Of a DNA stretch of 64,000 bases, positions 37,714-49,345 are shown in pieces (the first letter of the stretch is position 1; each line of letters starts with the position of its first letter). The stretch comes from Octopus bimaculoides (lineage: Eukaryota): NCBI RefSeq assembly GCF_001194135.2, contig NC_068983.1, positions 118,656,632 to 118,720,631 on the forward strand, written 5' to 3'. The notes under the pieces were generated by a model. That model worked only from the letters and a program-made list of their open reading frames with translations, was not told the DNA's origin and searched no databases. The position numbers were made by a program, and so were the translations under genes.

Positions 37714-38726
37714 CTGAAGGCAATGTGGCGAAAAAAAAATTACTAAGGAATGAATGTAATCCAAATTATGGGGGGGGGGGGGAGAGAGAGAAAGGGGTAT
37801 TAGAGAAGGGAGTATGTGGAAATAGATATAAGAAAGGAAAACAAGAGACCAAAAAAGAAAGAAAGGAAGAAAGCAAGAAAGAGAAAGGGAGAAAGAGTAA
37901 AGAAAACATTTGAAAAACCTTTCTTTCTGAATTATTCCTAAGAAAGCTGATTTCCAAGAGATTTGATTTGCCAGCTGCTGTTCTACTTTCTACTGTTCCC
38001 CTGCCCAAACTACCACCACTTTGCTCTTATCAAGAGGAATTCTAACATCTTTAATGACCCTATTACTTTAGGTTCCACTTCATTTAGTTCATTTCTATAG
38101 ACTTTATCTTGTTCACTAAATCCATGCTTGTAACAGTTTATTGATTTCAAGTCTCAATAATAGACTAGCAAGATTCGATGGCAGATGGTTATACGTTATA
38201 AATTAAAGATGGCCAAACCACCTCTAACTTACTTACTTAGTTGATAAATTCAGTTTTCTTATAAATATTGTTCATCAATAAAGTCAATGAATGAGGAGAG
38301 GAAAATTTTCAATGGAGCTGCTTATTTTAAAATCTAATTAAATTAAGACATCACAAAATGAAGAAAAAATTTCATATAGAAATTCTCTTAATATAACTTT
38401 AATAATTAAACTTTCATCTCTACTTTATATGAATTCAATTACATGTGTGTGCATGTGGGGGACTTGGTGTTTTTGTCTTTGATTGTTATCAGTAGATAAA
38501 GGGTGCCAGAAATAGTGTGTGACCTGTACATCTTAGGCCAGCATGGAGAATAGGTGTAAAATAATCATGGTGGTGGTGGTGGTGGTGGTGGTGGTGATGA
38601 TGGTAGGTGAATGGTAGAACTAGTAAATGTAAAGCACCAAACAAAAATACCTTGCAGTATTTGGATATATCACTTTGTGTCTTGACTTCAAATCCCAGTC
38701 ATTTTGTAGAGTGTTTATATATACAT

Positions 38727-39275
38727 AGGCATGGCTGTGTGTTAAGCAGTTTGCTTCCCTACCACATGGTTCTGAATTTAATCCCGCTGCATGGCAACTT
38801 GGGCAAGTGTCTTCTACTATAGCCTTGAGCTGACCAAGGCCCTGTGAGTGGATTTGGTTGATAGAAATTGAAAGAAGCCTGTTGTACATATATATACACA
38901 CATGTATATGATGATGTATATATATATATATATAGGCACAGGTGTGACTGTGTGGTAAGTAGCTTGCTTACCAACCACATGATTCTGTGTTCAGCCCCAC
39001 TGCATGGCACCCTGGGCAAGTGTCTTCTACTATAGCCTCAGGCCAACCTAAGCCTTGTGAGTGGATTTGGTAGATAGAAACTGAAAGACTGCTGTCGTAT
39101 ATATATATATATATAATATATATGTTTGTGTGTCTGTGTTTGTCCCCCCACCACCATCGCTTGACAACCAATGTTAGTGTGTACTAGGCTTACAGAGAAT
39201 AAATCCTGGGGTTGATTTGTTCAACTAAAGGTGGTGCTCCAGCATGGCCACAGTCAGATGACTGACATTAGTAAA
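38727..39275 (+). mobile_element. Two head-to-tail SINE family A copies (5' half, then a near-complete copy)
   Basis: Heads at about 38727 and 38937; the second begins in the microsatellite of the first. Confidence 0.85.
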
Positions 39276-39319
39276 AGAATATATATATACCTAATTCATG
39301 CAAGCATGGGAAATTGGGC

Positions 39320-39600
39320 TTAACCCTTTTGATACCATATTTGCTTGGGGCCATCACTGGTTCTATAACAAACTTCCAGGTTTAATCCTCCTGACCATAT
39401 CTGGGTCAAATATTCCACCTGTTTTAAGTTCAAACCAACCAGATCCAGCCTCTCACACCTACCCTACAATGTTATTTCAAAAATAAACAATAAAATCATT
39501 GAACTTTCAAAGCTACAAGATAATGCAGGATAAATCAAAAATAAATGTGTATAAATAAGCATCATACATTGACAGAGTAATGTGAATGCTAAAGTGCTAA
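39320..39600. mobile_element. piggyBac-type MITE copy (degenerate)
   Basis: Same orientation and blocks as 6282-6511 (AGCTACAAGATAATGCA, GAATGCTAAAG). Confidence 0.65.
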
Positions 39601-39880
39601 AGTGATCTAAATCAAAACCTTCTGTCAAAATTCAAGTTACTATATGTTCCAAGCACTAAATAAAGACAAAGTTATTTTACTAATTCTTCATTATTTTCGA
39701 AATGAATTAACACAAAGACAGAATATTTGAATAGAAATATGATAATGAAAGGGTTCAAAATGATGATGGTGATGGTGATTTCTTTCTATCATCACTTTTT
39801 CCATCACGCTGTTCCTGCTGTTGCTCTATAGAACCTCATTACCAACAATCACTGTATAGCTGTCTGTCATTCTCACTTAC

Positions 39881-39978
39881 CCTTTACTCTCTCTTCTGTC
39901 ATACTGATGTTATTTCCTTATTCTCTCTTCTATCACCCTCTTACTTTGGTTATCTTTCATCACTCTTTCTTTCAACTG
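39881..39978 (-). other. Candidate exon (possible start: MTEERVK, ATG at 39902)
   Basis: Acceptor TTGTTTTATCTCCAG, consensus donor AGG|GTAAGT, purine-rich body, A at -3 of the ATG. Confidence 0.4.
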
Positions 39979-40440
39979 CTGGAGATAAAACAACCTTAGG
40001 AAAAGACAACCACTCTAGTATTCTGATACATATTGTAAAGTAGTTGGTGAAAGGAAGAACATTCAGTCATAGATAATATGATAAAAATGGACTATATTAC
40101 TGCGATGTAATAAGAAGAGAGCAGTTATTCTGAATAAGAACAGATTCACCCAGTGACAACTTGTTCAACACATGCCAGCAATTTCACCCACAAGCTTATG
40201 ATATAATATATATATCATAGGCTTGTGAGTGAAATTGCATACATGTAAACTATATGGCAGCCCAGTGAATAGATTGTGCTTGTAATTGAAAGGAACAACC
40301 TTGTCACACTCTATGTCACACTGATTCTGCTTGAGAATTATATTAAGGGAACATGCATCAGTAAAATAATCAGCCACTTCATACTAAATCAATGAAGAGA
40401 TAATTCAGCTTAGTGAAGAAATGAATACTCAGTCAGAACT

Positions 40441-41510
40441 GGCAGTCTACCACGGTGTCAAACATTATAGCCAGGGTTATCTACCTTATCTTTCAGATAT
40501 TAAAAAAACTTCAGATATTTCAGAGATAAAACACTTCATACATTATAAAGGAATTACACAAATAAGAAGAATCGAATCTTATATTATATGATAAAGAAAT
40601 TACACAGATAAATCAAGGCAATCCATTTTAATGATAAACACTTTTTATGTCATTAAGGAATGATACAAATAAATCATCTGAGTCTTTCCTCATCATCTTC
40701 CAGCAGAAATTATCAAGATGTGACTGGAAAAACTCAGCACCAATGCTTCTCATTTTTTCATAATCATAGTTTTAGCATCTAACCATGATTGCTCAATAGC
40801 CTGAGTGTGTGCTCCAGTCACTGGATCCACATAGTGCTGTTGATGGTTCACTGTCAAATGGTGATAACCTATGACATTTAGATTATTATAAGTGTGCCAC
40901 TCATCTGAATGAATTACTGAACCTTTTACACATTCTCTCAGACTATTCCCGTCATGCGATTCTACACAAAAGTATCAACAGTCTGAACCTTGTTTGAAAC
41001 CAAGGCCCCATGGCCCATCAATTCTAGGTCCATGGTTCCTGTTGTTTTGTTGTTCTGCGTCACTGTCTTTGAAGAGAGGAACATTCTCGCTATTCAGCAT
41101 TCTTTCTCAATTGTATTTTTGTTGACCACCAAATCTTACTTCATCGATTTGAATGGGGTTATCGTTTGTTCCAACCATCTTCCCTTAATGTTCATGATAA
41201 ACTATGGCTCCACACACCTCGTGGCACTTATTGTACCAGTCAGTTATTGTATTTTTAGATTTTCCTGTTAGAGTCACTGCTGTGGTTATGGGTGTATCCA
41301 TGACAAAGCAAAATATTAGCTCTAAAATCTCACTAAAGTTCAGCTTGCAGTTTAATTTGTTGTTAATATCCATATAATGGAAATTTGTATAAAAATCTTT
41401 CAGTGACATTTCAATGTAAGGTAAACTGCAAGTGAAAAGGTGAGGTGATAACGAGTAGTTTTTAAGGTAGATAACCCTGGCTATACTGTTTGACACTGTG
41501 GTAGACAGCA
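40441..41510 (-). mobile_element. Merlin-superfamily DNA transposon, full length (~1.07 kb), inactive
   Basis: 48-bp terminal inverted repeats: GGCAGTCTACCACGGTGTCAAACATTATAGCCAGGGTTATCTACCTTA at 40441-40488 and its reverse complement (4 mismatches) at 41463-41510, enclosing a Merlin-type transposase remnant. No clear target-site duplication (TSD) survives. Confidence 0.9.
40628..41409 (-). pseudogene. Merlin/IS1595 (ISXO2-like) DDE transposase pseudogene
   Basis: Manual translation: MSLKDF...LTGKSKNTITDWYNKCHEVC...H*GKMVGTNDNPIQIDEVRFGGQQKYN*ERML...RIDGPWGLG...C*YF...SVIHSDEWHTY...GYHHLTVNHQQHYVDPVTGAHTQAIEQSWLDAK, then a frameshift into RSIGAEFFQSHLDNFCWKMMRK...SVYH*. The D, D and E catalytic motifs are present, with 3 in-frame stops and 1 frameshift. 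Confidence 0.92.
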
Positions 41511-41569
41511 TACTATACTAGAACCGATCAATCTATCTATACACACACACCCATGCACAATATTTATTC

Positions 41570-41762
41570 TTTTACTTGTTTTAGTCATTAGACTGCAGCC
41601 ATGCTGGGGCACTGTTTTGAGGAATTTTAGTCAAACTAATCAACCCCAGCACATATTTTCTATTTAAGCCTGGTACTTATTCTATCAGTTTCTTTTGCCA
41701 AACTGTTAAGTTACAGGGGATGTAAACACTCCAACCAATGGTTGTCAAGCAGTAGTGTGGGA

Positions 41763-41808
<46 letters not shown>

Positions 41809-41942
41809 ACAGACTTCTTTTAGTTTCTGTCAACCAAATCCACTCACAAGGCTTTGGTTAGCCTGAGGCTAAAGTTGGTGCCACACTGGGACTGAACACA
41901 GAGCCATGTGATTGGGAAGCAACCTTCTTACCACAGAGCATG
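41570..41942 (-). mobile_element. SINE family A copy
   Basis: Reverse-complement match with a central (CA)n(TA)n. Confidence 0.85.
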
Positions 41943-42077
41943 TATATATATATATACATATATATNNNNNNNNNNNNNNNNNNNNNNNNNNNNNNNNNNN
42001 NNNNNNNNNNNNNNNNNNNNNNNNNNNNNNNNNNNNNNNNNNNNNNNNNNNNNNNNNNNNNNNNNNNNNNNNNNNNN

Positions 42078-42107
<30 letters not shown>

Positions 42108-42108
<1 letters not shown>

Positions 42109-42445
42109 TCATCATCATCGTTTAATGTCTGCTTTCCATGCTACCATGGGTTGGACGATTTGATTGAGGGCTGGTGAACCAGATGGCTACACCAGGCTCC
42201 AATCTGATTTGGCAGAGTTTCTACAGCTGGATGCCCTTCCTAACGCCAACCACTCCGTGAGTGTAGTGGGTGCTTTTATGTGTCACCTGCACAGAAGCCA
42301 GACAGCTGGTGCTCTGGCAACGATCATGTTCGGACGGTGCTCTTAGTGATCTACTGGTACTGGTGCCATCACGATTTTGCTTTCGCTTGCCCCAACAGGT
42401 CTTCGCAAGCTGAGTTTAGTGTTGAATGAAGAGACGTTGGCATGA
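42108..42445 (-). mobile_element. RTE 3'-UTR-only copy with internal deletion
   Basis: Matches 22535-23065, including the (ATC)n tail, but skips part of the repeated 3' UTR units. Confidence 0.85.
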
Positions 42446-42459
42446 GTGATACACATACA

Positions 42460-42770
42460 CAGGGCCGGATTAAGAGCCATAGAGGCCCTAAGCACTTAAA
42501 AAAGATTTTGGTGACCCCCATATGTAATTCAAAATATAAACAATAATAAACTATAAAATTTTCTCAAAATGAAGTAAAACCAACAGAAATATGAAAAATA
42601 ATGTTTTATCTTAACACCTGAACACTTTTTGATTATATTTCTGATTATATAAACAACTTTGAATATTACTTTACCAAGTTTAAAGGGATTTTTATTTACC
42701 ATTTCTGTGGTTCTCTCCTTCCCTTGATGCCCTAAGCACATGCTTATTTTGCTCAATGGCTAATCCAGCG

Positions 42771-42773
<3 letters not shown>
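42460..42773. mobile_element. hAT-type MITE
   Basis: CAGGGCCGGATTA and TAATCCAGCGCTG are inverted ends, with an internal repeated GCCCTAAGCAC. Confidence 0.65.
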
Positions 42774-42802
<29 letters not shown>

Positions 42803-42945
42803 ATGCGTGCATGCGTGTGTGTGTGTGTGCTGTGCTGGTTTACTGGCAGAATGTATTTGTTTGCAATTTGGTGCAGTGGAAACGACCCCATCAAAGTGCT
42901 GGGTGTTAAAGCAACTAAAAGTCATAGATAGGTGAGACACCTCAC

Positions 42946-43035
42946 CCCAAATCCCATTCAGGAGCAATGGACATCAGTGTTTCACCAATTTTGTGGCTTA
43001 TCAACATCATGTACATGAAACGAATTGGAGGCAAA
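42946..43035 (-). CDS. Candidate 90-nt exon
   Basis: Donor GGG|GTGAGG; open frame LPPIRFMYMMLISHKIGETLMSIAPEWDL; mediocre acceptor. Confidence 0.2.
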
Positions 43036-43667
43036 CTGAATTGTCAGACCATGGCTATATGTAATTGTTTCCTTTTATGTCAAGCTATAATACAAACAAT
43101 TTTACTTGAAACTGTAGGAGTACTCAATACATTTTGTAGAGTACATCACTAGATGAAGGCTAGCAAACTGAAACTTTGTAACCATTGTCACCACTCTTCA
43201 TGTACAGAGTGTATTGGGTGCCACATAAAAAGCACCCAGTACACTCTGTAAAGGGTTGATGCTAGGATAGGCATCGAGCCATAGAAACCATGCCAAAACA
43301 GACTATTGGAATCTGGGCAGCTCCTGTCAAACCATCCAAACCATACCAGCATGGGAAACAGATGTTAAATGATGATGATAATAACATACACACACCCATC
43401 CACACATACAACAGGTTCTTTTTTTTTCCCCATTAGGTCCCTCAAATCTACTCACAAGATTTTTGTTGGCCCAAAGCTACATAGTAGATGACACTTACCC
43501 AAGGTGTCACCCAATGGCATTGAACCTCAAGTTACATGGTTTGGAAGTAACCTTTTAATCACACAGATATACTTATATATAAATTATATATATNNNNNNN
43601 NNNNNNNNNNNNNNNNNNNNNNNNNNNNNNNNNNNNNNNNNNNNNNTATATATATATATATATATAT

Positions 43668-44087
43668 TCTTTTACTTGATTCAGTCATTTGACTGCAGCT
43701 ATGGTGAGGGAGCACCTTGAAGGGCTTTAGTCAAATAAATTGACCCAAGACTTTTTTTTTTTTCTTTAAGCCTGGTACTTTATCGGTCTCTCTTTGCAGA
43801 ACTGCTAAGTTACAAGGATATAAACGCACAAACACTGGTTGTCAAGTGGTGATGGGGGAGGGGGAATACAGACACAAAGACATGCACACATAAATATACA
43901 CACACACACATATATACATATATATATATGATGGACTTCTTACAATTTCTGTCTCCTAAATCTACTCACAAGGCTTTGGTTGGCCTGAGGCTATAGCAGA
44001 AGGCACTTGCCCAAGGTGCCATGCAGCAGGACTGAACCTAGAACCATGTGCTTGGGGAGCAAGCTTCTTACCACATAGCCACACCTA
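43668..44087 (-). mobile_element. SINE family A copy
   Basis: Full-length reverse-complement match. Confidence 0.85.
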
Positions 44088-44470
44088 TATATATGGTGTA
44101 TTAATTTGTTTGTACCATAGTGTATTTTTTTCATAAAAAGATATGATTCAAAATGTCTTTTCAGTGTTAAAGTATCAAAATATAAAGTTTAACTTCAAAA
44201 TGTTAAACAAATATTTATTTGTCCTTCAAGAAAATATGTCAGGACTTATATGGCATAAGTTTAGAAATTTTTTGACGAAGTCTTCTATTCCAGCCAGTCA
44301 GCCACCCACCTCCCACATACTTCACCATTATCTTTTAATAAAAATAGATAAACCTATCACTTACTATTAATATTTAATTTATCAACTCCATAGGGATAAA
44401 TGCAAAAAACTTGACATGTCAAAATTTGAACTAAAAAAAAATCTGAAGAACTCAAAAAGATTATATCATA

Positions 44471-44692
44471 TTAACCGTTTAGCATTGTGATTACTCTGAA
44501 ACATGTTTATTTATTCACATTGTTTTAAATAATCTTGTATTATCTTGTGACTTTGAGATTTTGATGATGTGATTGTTTACTTTTAGAATGACATCGTAAG
44601 GTAGGTGCGAGAGATCAAGTACGGCTGGTTTGAACATTAAACAGGTAGAATGTTTTAGTCAGATATAACTGGTTAAAATGCAAAAGGTTTAA
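44471..44692. mobile_element. piggyBac-type MITE copy
   Basis: TTAACCGTTTAGCATT ... AATGCAAAAGGTTTAA. Confidence 0.7.
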
Positions 44693-47120
44693 GAAAAATA
44701 TCCCTTTGTTTCACATTATCATGTTTGTACTGCAGAACTTTTTGATGGGGTATTCAAATGGATAAATTCCAACGACTGGAATACTTTATTCTACATTGTT
44801 GTGGTTTGTAGTTAATTACCAAGATCATTAGGCTATGTTTTGTTATGACCCTTCACATGCTGAACTCTTTGACTTCCTTCTTTCTGGTGTTGATAAAATA
44901 AAGTACCAGCAATGTACTATGGTTTATATTCTTATTATAATATGTCATAGATGTGAATGGACTTATAATAAAAGTCCTAAGTACCAAGTTATTTGGGTGG
45001 GATTAGTATGTCTGTGATAGGCTAGGGAGATTTAACTCTCAACCACTTCACATTCTAAAATCAGAGCTAAGTACCAGCTATCAAAAACCCTTTCAGGATC
45101 TATCTAGGGGACAATTATAATTTGTTATAGTCTTCCCTACATACATCATGCACAATTTCTAAATGGTCAGTTAACCTACTAAAATTAACAGCCAAATCTC
45201 CCTCAAGTACATTCTACTGTCTGAACAGAGCATAACACATTTCTTAAGGTAGTCTTGGATACACAGTCTAAAAATAAGTTGGAATGGCCATAGTTGAAAT
45301 GTCTTTCATCGTGAATCTGCTAAGCAATAATAGATCTTGTCTTTTAAATGAGCCCTAATATTTTAAAATCTGAATTGTAGGACTGAATTCCTCACAATAA
45401 GGGCAGGATGGTCATATTAACAACACTGGTTATACAATGAAGTTGAGTCAACCAGACACCTTTACTTGTGGGTTTCAAAAGCTCCATATCCTAGTTATCA
45501 ACATGGTATCAATATGTTACTCTGACCATAGAAGTTGTGTTCAGCTGGAGAATGGCTACAGTTTTATATGGTTTATTATCTGGAATCGTTCCAAATTGTC
45601 TTTCTGAATCAATATATTGAACTTTTCAACTGGAACTTACAATCAAGTGGTTTAAAACAATTAAGAACCCTTGAAATTTTTTGTAGATTATTTCAAAAGT
45701 TACATGTCTTTTACCTTTTTATTGCTTGGTCAGGAGGAAAGAACAGTGTCAGTGACCCTTTACTGAGTCATCAAAGGACAGTAGAAGGTATCCTCAAACC
45801 AGAAACCTGGCTCGAATACGTTCAAGCAGAGTGGACTTTACTGAAGGTTCCTTAGTACCAGGTGTTGCGTCAAAGTCTATGTCTAGACAAAGTTACTACT
45901 TGATCAGGAGAATGAACCAAGGCAGTATCAACAGCCCTGTAGAGAGCCTCCAAGAGGAAAGGCTATGTAAAGGATCACGAGGACTTCTCCAGCCAAAAAT
46001 GCAAAAATTTGGAACACCTATAGCATGGCATTTCATCTGATTCCTTAATGTTTCTCTCAGTCCACCGTTCCAGAGCTGTACACTATTCATTGATACTGGA
46101 AAGATGAAAGGCAGATTTGACCTTAATAGGATCTGAACTCAGAATGTAAGGTATCAAAATGAATATCGCAAGACATTTCAAAACACTCTAATGAATGCCA
46201 ATGAAGTAAAGAGTGAATTTTTAAAAACATTTTTTACCTGAAAACTTTTTGCTATAAAATAAGAAAGATAGCTTCTCAACTGTTGGTGCATATATCTTAC
46301 TGTACTGGAAGATACAAATGCAGCAATAAGTTTATTATTACAAGTTAATTAGAGACTTTCTATGGCAGAGGTTATTAACCTGTTTTCAATTTCCCATCAA
46401 CTTCCTTCCGTTAAAAGATTACCCAATATGATCTCGGCTAGATCGTGGAAATCATCATCGTTACCAGTCTTACAAGGTGCTAATATAAACTTCAAACGAT
46501 GCAAATGGTTTGGTTCTATTTTACTTATGAACTGGCACAGGCAAGAAAATCATAAAGATTTTGTGATATTTATTTAGAGTAAGCAATACACGAAATCGCA
46601 TCCTGTATTCCCAAAGAGTATGAAATACCTCAGGTAAGGACCATTGCTCTACGCGATTGCTTGACCCGCTAGGAAAAGCAACCAAATCTGCTTAATATCT
46701 AACCTTTCTGTCTTATAGAGGGAAGGTCAGATTAGGTAATGTCGTCTTAGATACGTTACCATTGTGTGAGAAATATATAAAAAAGGTCATGGCAAGAGTA
46801 CCCTTAAGATTCGCTGAAGCTAAACAAATGTAAAACATTTAACTGTCTTTATAGAAAATTTATTTCATCCCTTAACATTTATCACGAAAATTTTACTTAG
46901 CCATTCTTCCATCATTTAGAGTTACAACTTGCATAGTATAAATGTGGAAGCAGGTATAGCTGAGTAAAAACACGATGAAAATAGGCATTCCATAAAAGAT
47001 ACTTCGGGGGTAATGCAATTTCGCACCTCTCCTTGAAAAATGCATTTAAAAAAAAAAAAAAAAATTCGGATTCCTACGTTTTAGATGTCGGAGATTATGG
47101 ATATGCAAAAAAAAAAAAAA

Positions 47121-47993
47121 NNNNNNNNNNNNNNNNNNNNNNNNNNNNNNNNNNNNNNNNNNNNNNNNNNNNNNNNNNNNNNNNNNNNNNNNNNNNNNNN
47201 NNNNNNNNNNNNNNNNNNNNNNNNNNNNNNNNNNNNNNNNNNNNNNNNNNNNNNNNNNNNNNNNNNNNNNNNNNNNNNNNNNNNNNNNNNNNNNNNNNNN
47301 NNNNNNNNNNNNNNNNNNNNNNNNNNNNNNNNNNNNNNNNNNNNNNNNNNNNNNNNNNNNNNNNNNNNNNNNNNNNNNNNNNNNNNNNNNNNNNNNNNNN
47401 NNNNNNNNNNNNNNNNNNNNNNNNNNNNNNNNNNNNNNNNNNNNNNNNNNNNNNNNNNNNNNNNNNNNNNNNNNNNNNNNNNNNNNNNNNNNNNNNNNNN
47501 NNNNNNNNNNNNNNNNNNNNNNNNNNNNNNNNNNNNNNNNNNNNNNNNNNNNNNNNNNNNNNNNNNNNNNNNNNNNNNNNNNNNNNNNNNNNNNNNNNNN
47601 NNNNNNNNNNNNNNNNNNNNNNNNNNNNNNNNNNNNNNNNNNNNNNNNNNNNNNNNNNNNNNNNNNNNNNNNNNNNNNNNNNNNNNNNNNNNNNNNNNNN
47701 NNNNNNNNNNNNNNNNNNNNNNNNNNNNNNNNNNNNNNNNNNNNNNNNNNNNNNNNNNNNNNNNNNNNNNNNNNNNNNNNNNNNNNNNNNNNNNNNNNNN
47801 NNNNNNNNNNNNNNNNNNNNNNNNNNNNNNNNNNNNNNNNNNNNNNNNNNNNNNNNNNNNNNNNNNNNNNNNNNNNNNNNNNNNNNNNNNNNNNNNNNNN
47901 NNNNNNNNNNNNNNNNNNNNNNNNNNNNNNNNNNNNNNNNNNNNNNNNNNNNNNNNNNNNNNNNNNNNNNNNNNNNNNNNNNNNNNNNNNNNN
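47121..47993. other. Largest assembly gap (flanked by poly-A); many other N runs occur
   Basis: An N run; most of the other gaps abut (TA)n, (TG)n or (GA)n tracts. Confidence 0.99.
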
Positions 47994-47994
47994 A

Positions 47995-48026
<32 letters not shown>

Positions 48027-48684
48027 TTGTTTTGATATTTGTAAAACAGTACATGAGAAGTTTAAAGTAAATTGGCAAGAACCACAGTAATGGTGAGTAT
48101 CACTTAACATCAACATCATAAAGTATCTAATAGCAAATGAACTACGGCACCGCTGCAGATATATTTGCAAGAGACTGTCTGAAGCGCTAAATATGAGTTT
48201 AATTTGAAATGGATATTCTATCGTCCTTGAAAGAATAACAAAAAACCCGAGAGCACTAAGCTATGTAGTTATCTGTAGAAAGTAAGATTCCTTGTCAGCT
48301 ATTTTAGAAACAGCCAGTCCGATATACTTGGAGGTGGAGGGGTATTGGCTTGTTAAAAAAAAAGTCTTATAATTCACTTGTAAGCTGCTAACGAACAATT
48401 TCATTTGGTAAATATTCTCAATAACTATATATATATATATATTTTAGTAAAATTCCAAACGATCAATAGACATTGGTTTTTAAAAACAAATAATGGATGT
48501 TCTTTCGCATCTTTTTTTTCTATCAGATATTAAACAAATAAGAGATGGAAAAAAGTATGGCGAAATAATTAGGAATATTTGATAGTCTGGCCTTGTTGGA
48601 TTCTTACAACGTCTGAACGGTATCGTCTCGTATTTCCTTTCTCCAATTCTTTGCCCGTCTGTCTTTCCACAGCAGATTCTACCT

Positions 48685-48715
<31 letters not shown>

Positions 48716-48840
48716 CTTAAACCATCCCAATCCTAACTCTTTCTCGTCGTAGCAAACTGAACGCCCCCTCTAACACACTTTCTTTTTTATCTGCAGTCTC
48801 AACATCAGCCAGCCACCCATGAAAAGTTGTGTTCACTGAC

Positions 48841-49345
48841 CTTTAGCGACGCCGACGATGCCGGGCACGTTGCTTTAGTGTCGTGTAAGCCTATCCTTCA
48901 CCCAAATAGTGGGTCTGTGAAGACAACTAGTGCCGGGAGATTCATTCCTAATTCGAAGAATCTATCCTCGCCCCTCTCTACATACCCTTTAGAAAAAACA
49001 AAAGTAAAAGGAAAAAAAAGTCTAGCCCCTCACTCTTTTTCATGCGAAGCACCGGTGAACTTTTTAACCATGTGTATATATTAATATACTATGTGACATG
49101 ATGCGCTCGCTTTTACCGCCATTCACCACTCACAATATATACAAATATTTTGCTTATCCTATTTTATCTGTTTCTGCTAACACTGTGGTTGCTGGTTAAA
49201 CGATAACAAAATGAAATCGGAGGCTCGAGGTAATGGTGTAAAGGAAGGAGGGGTCGAAGCTGGTGAGAACCGTAAATGGAGGGAGGAGAAGGGAGTTATC
49301 ATTGCGGACAGACAGCGACTTTGAGCTACTTAGACTCACTGACAG
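48841..49345 (-). other. Candidate first (5' UTR) exon of a minus-strand gene
   Basis: CpG-rich unique sequence ending in the donor GCTAAAG|GTCAGT at 48841/48840, with short uORFs and an Inr-like TCAGT near 49340. It lies just beyond the edge of the CpG-depleted domain. Confidence 0.4.

Noticed and set aside
45535-46090. Overlapping 64-106 aa ORFs, possibly a transposase HTH remnant
   Set aside because: There is no diagnostic motif, TIR or convincing splice signal.
47033-48170. Longest ORFs in the track (316-374 aa), and similar ones at 52, 60.8 and 62.6 kb
   Set aside because: They are open only because they run through N gaps and poly-A or (TA)n tracts.
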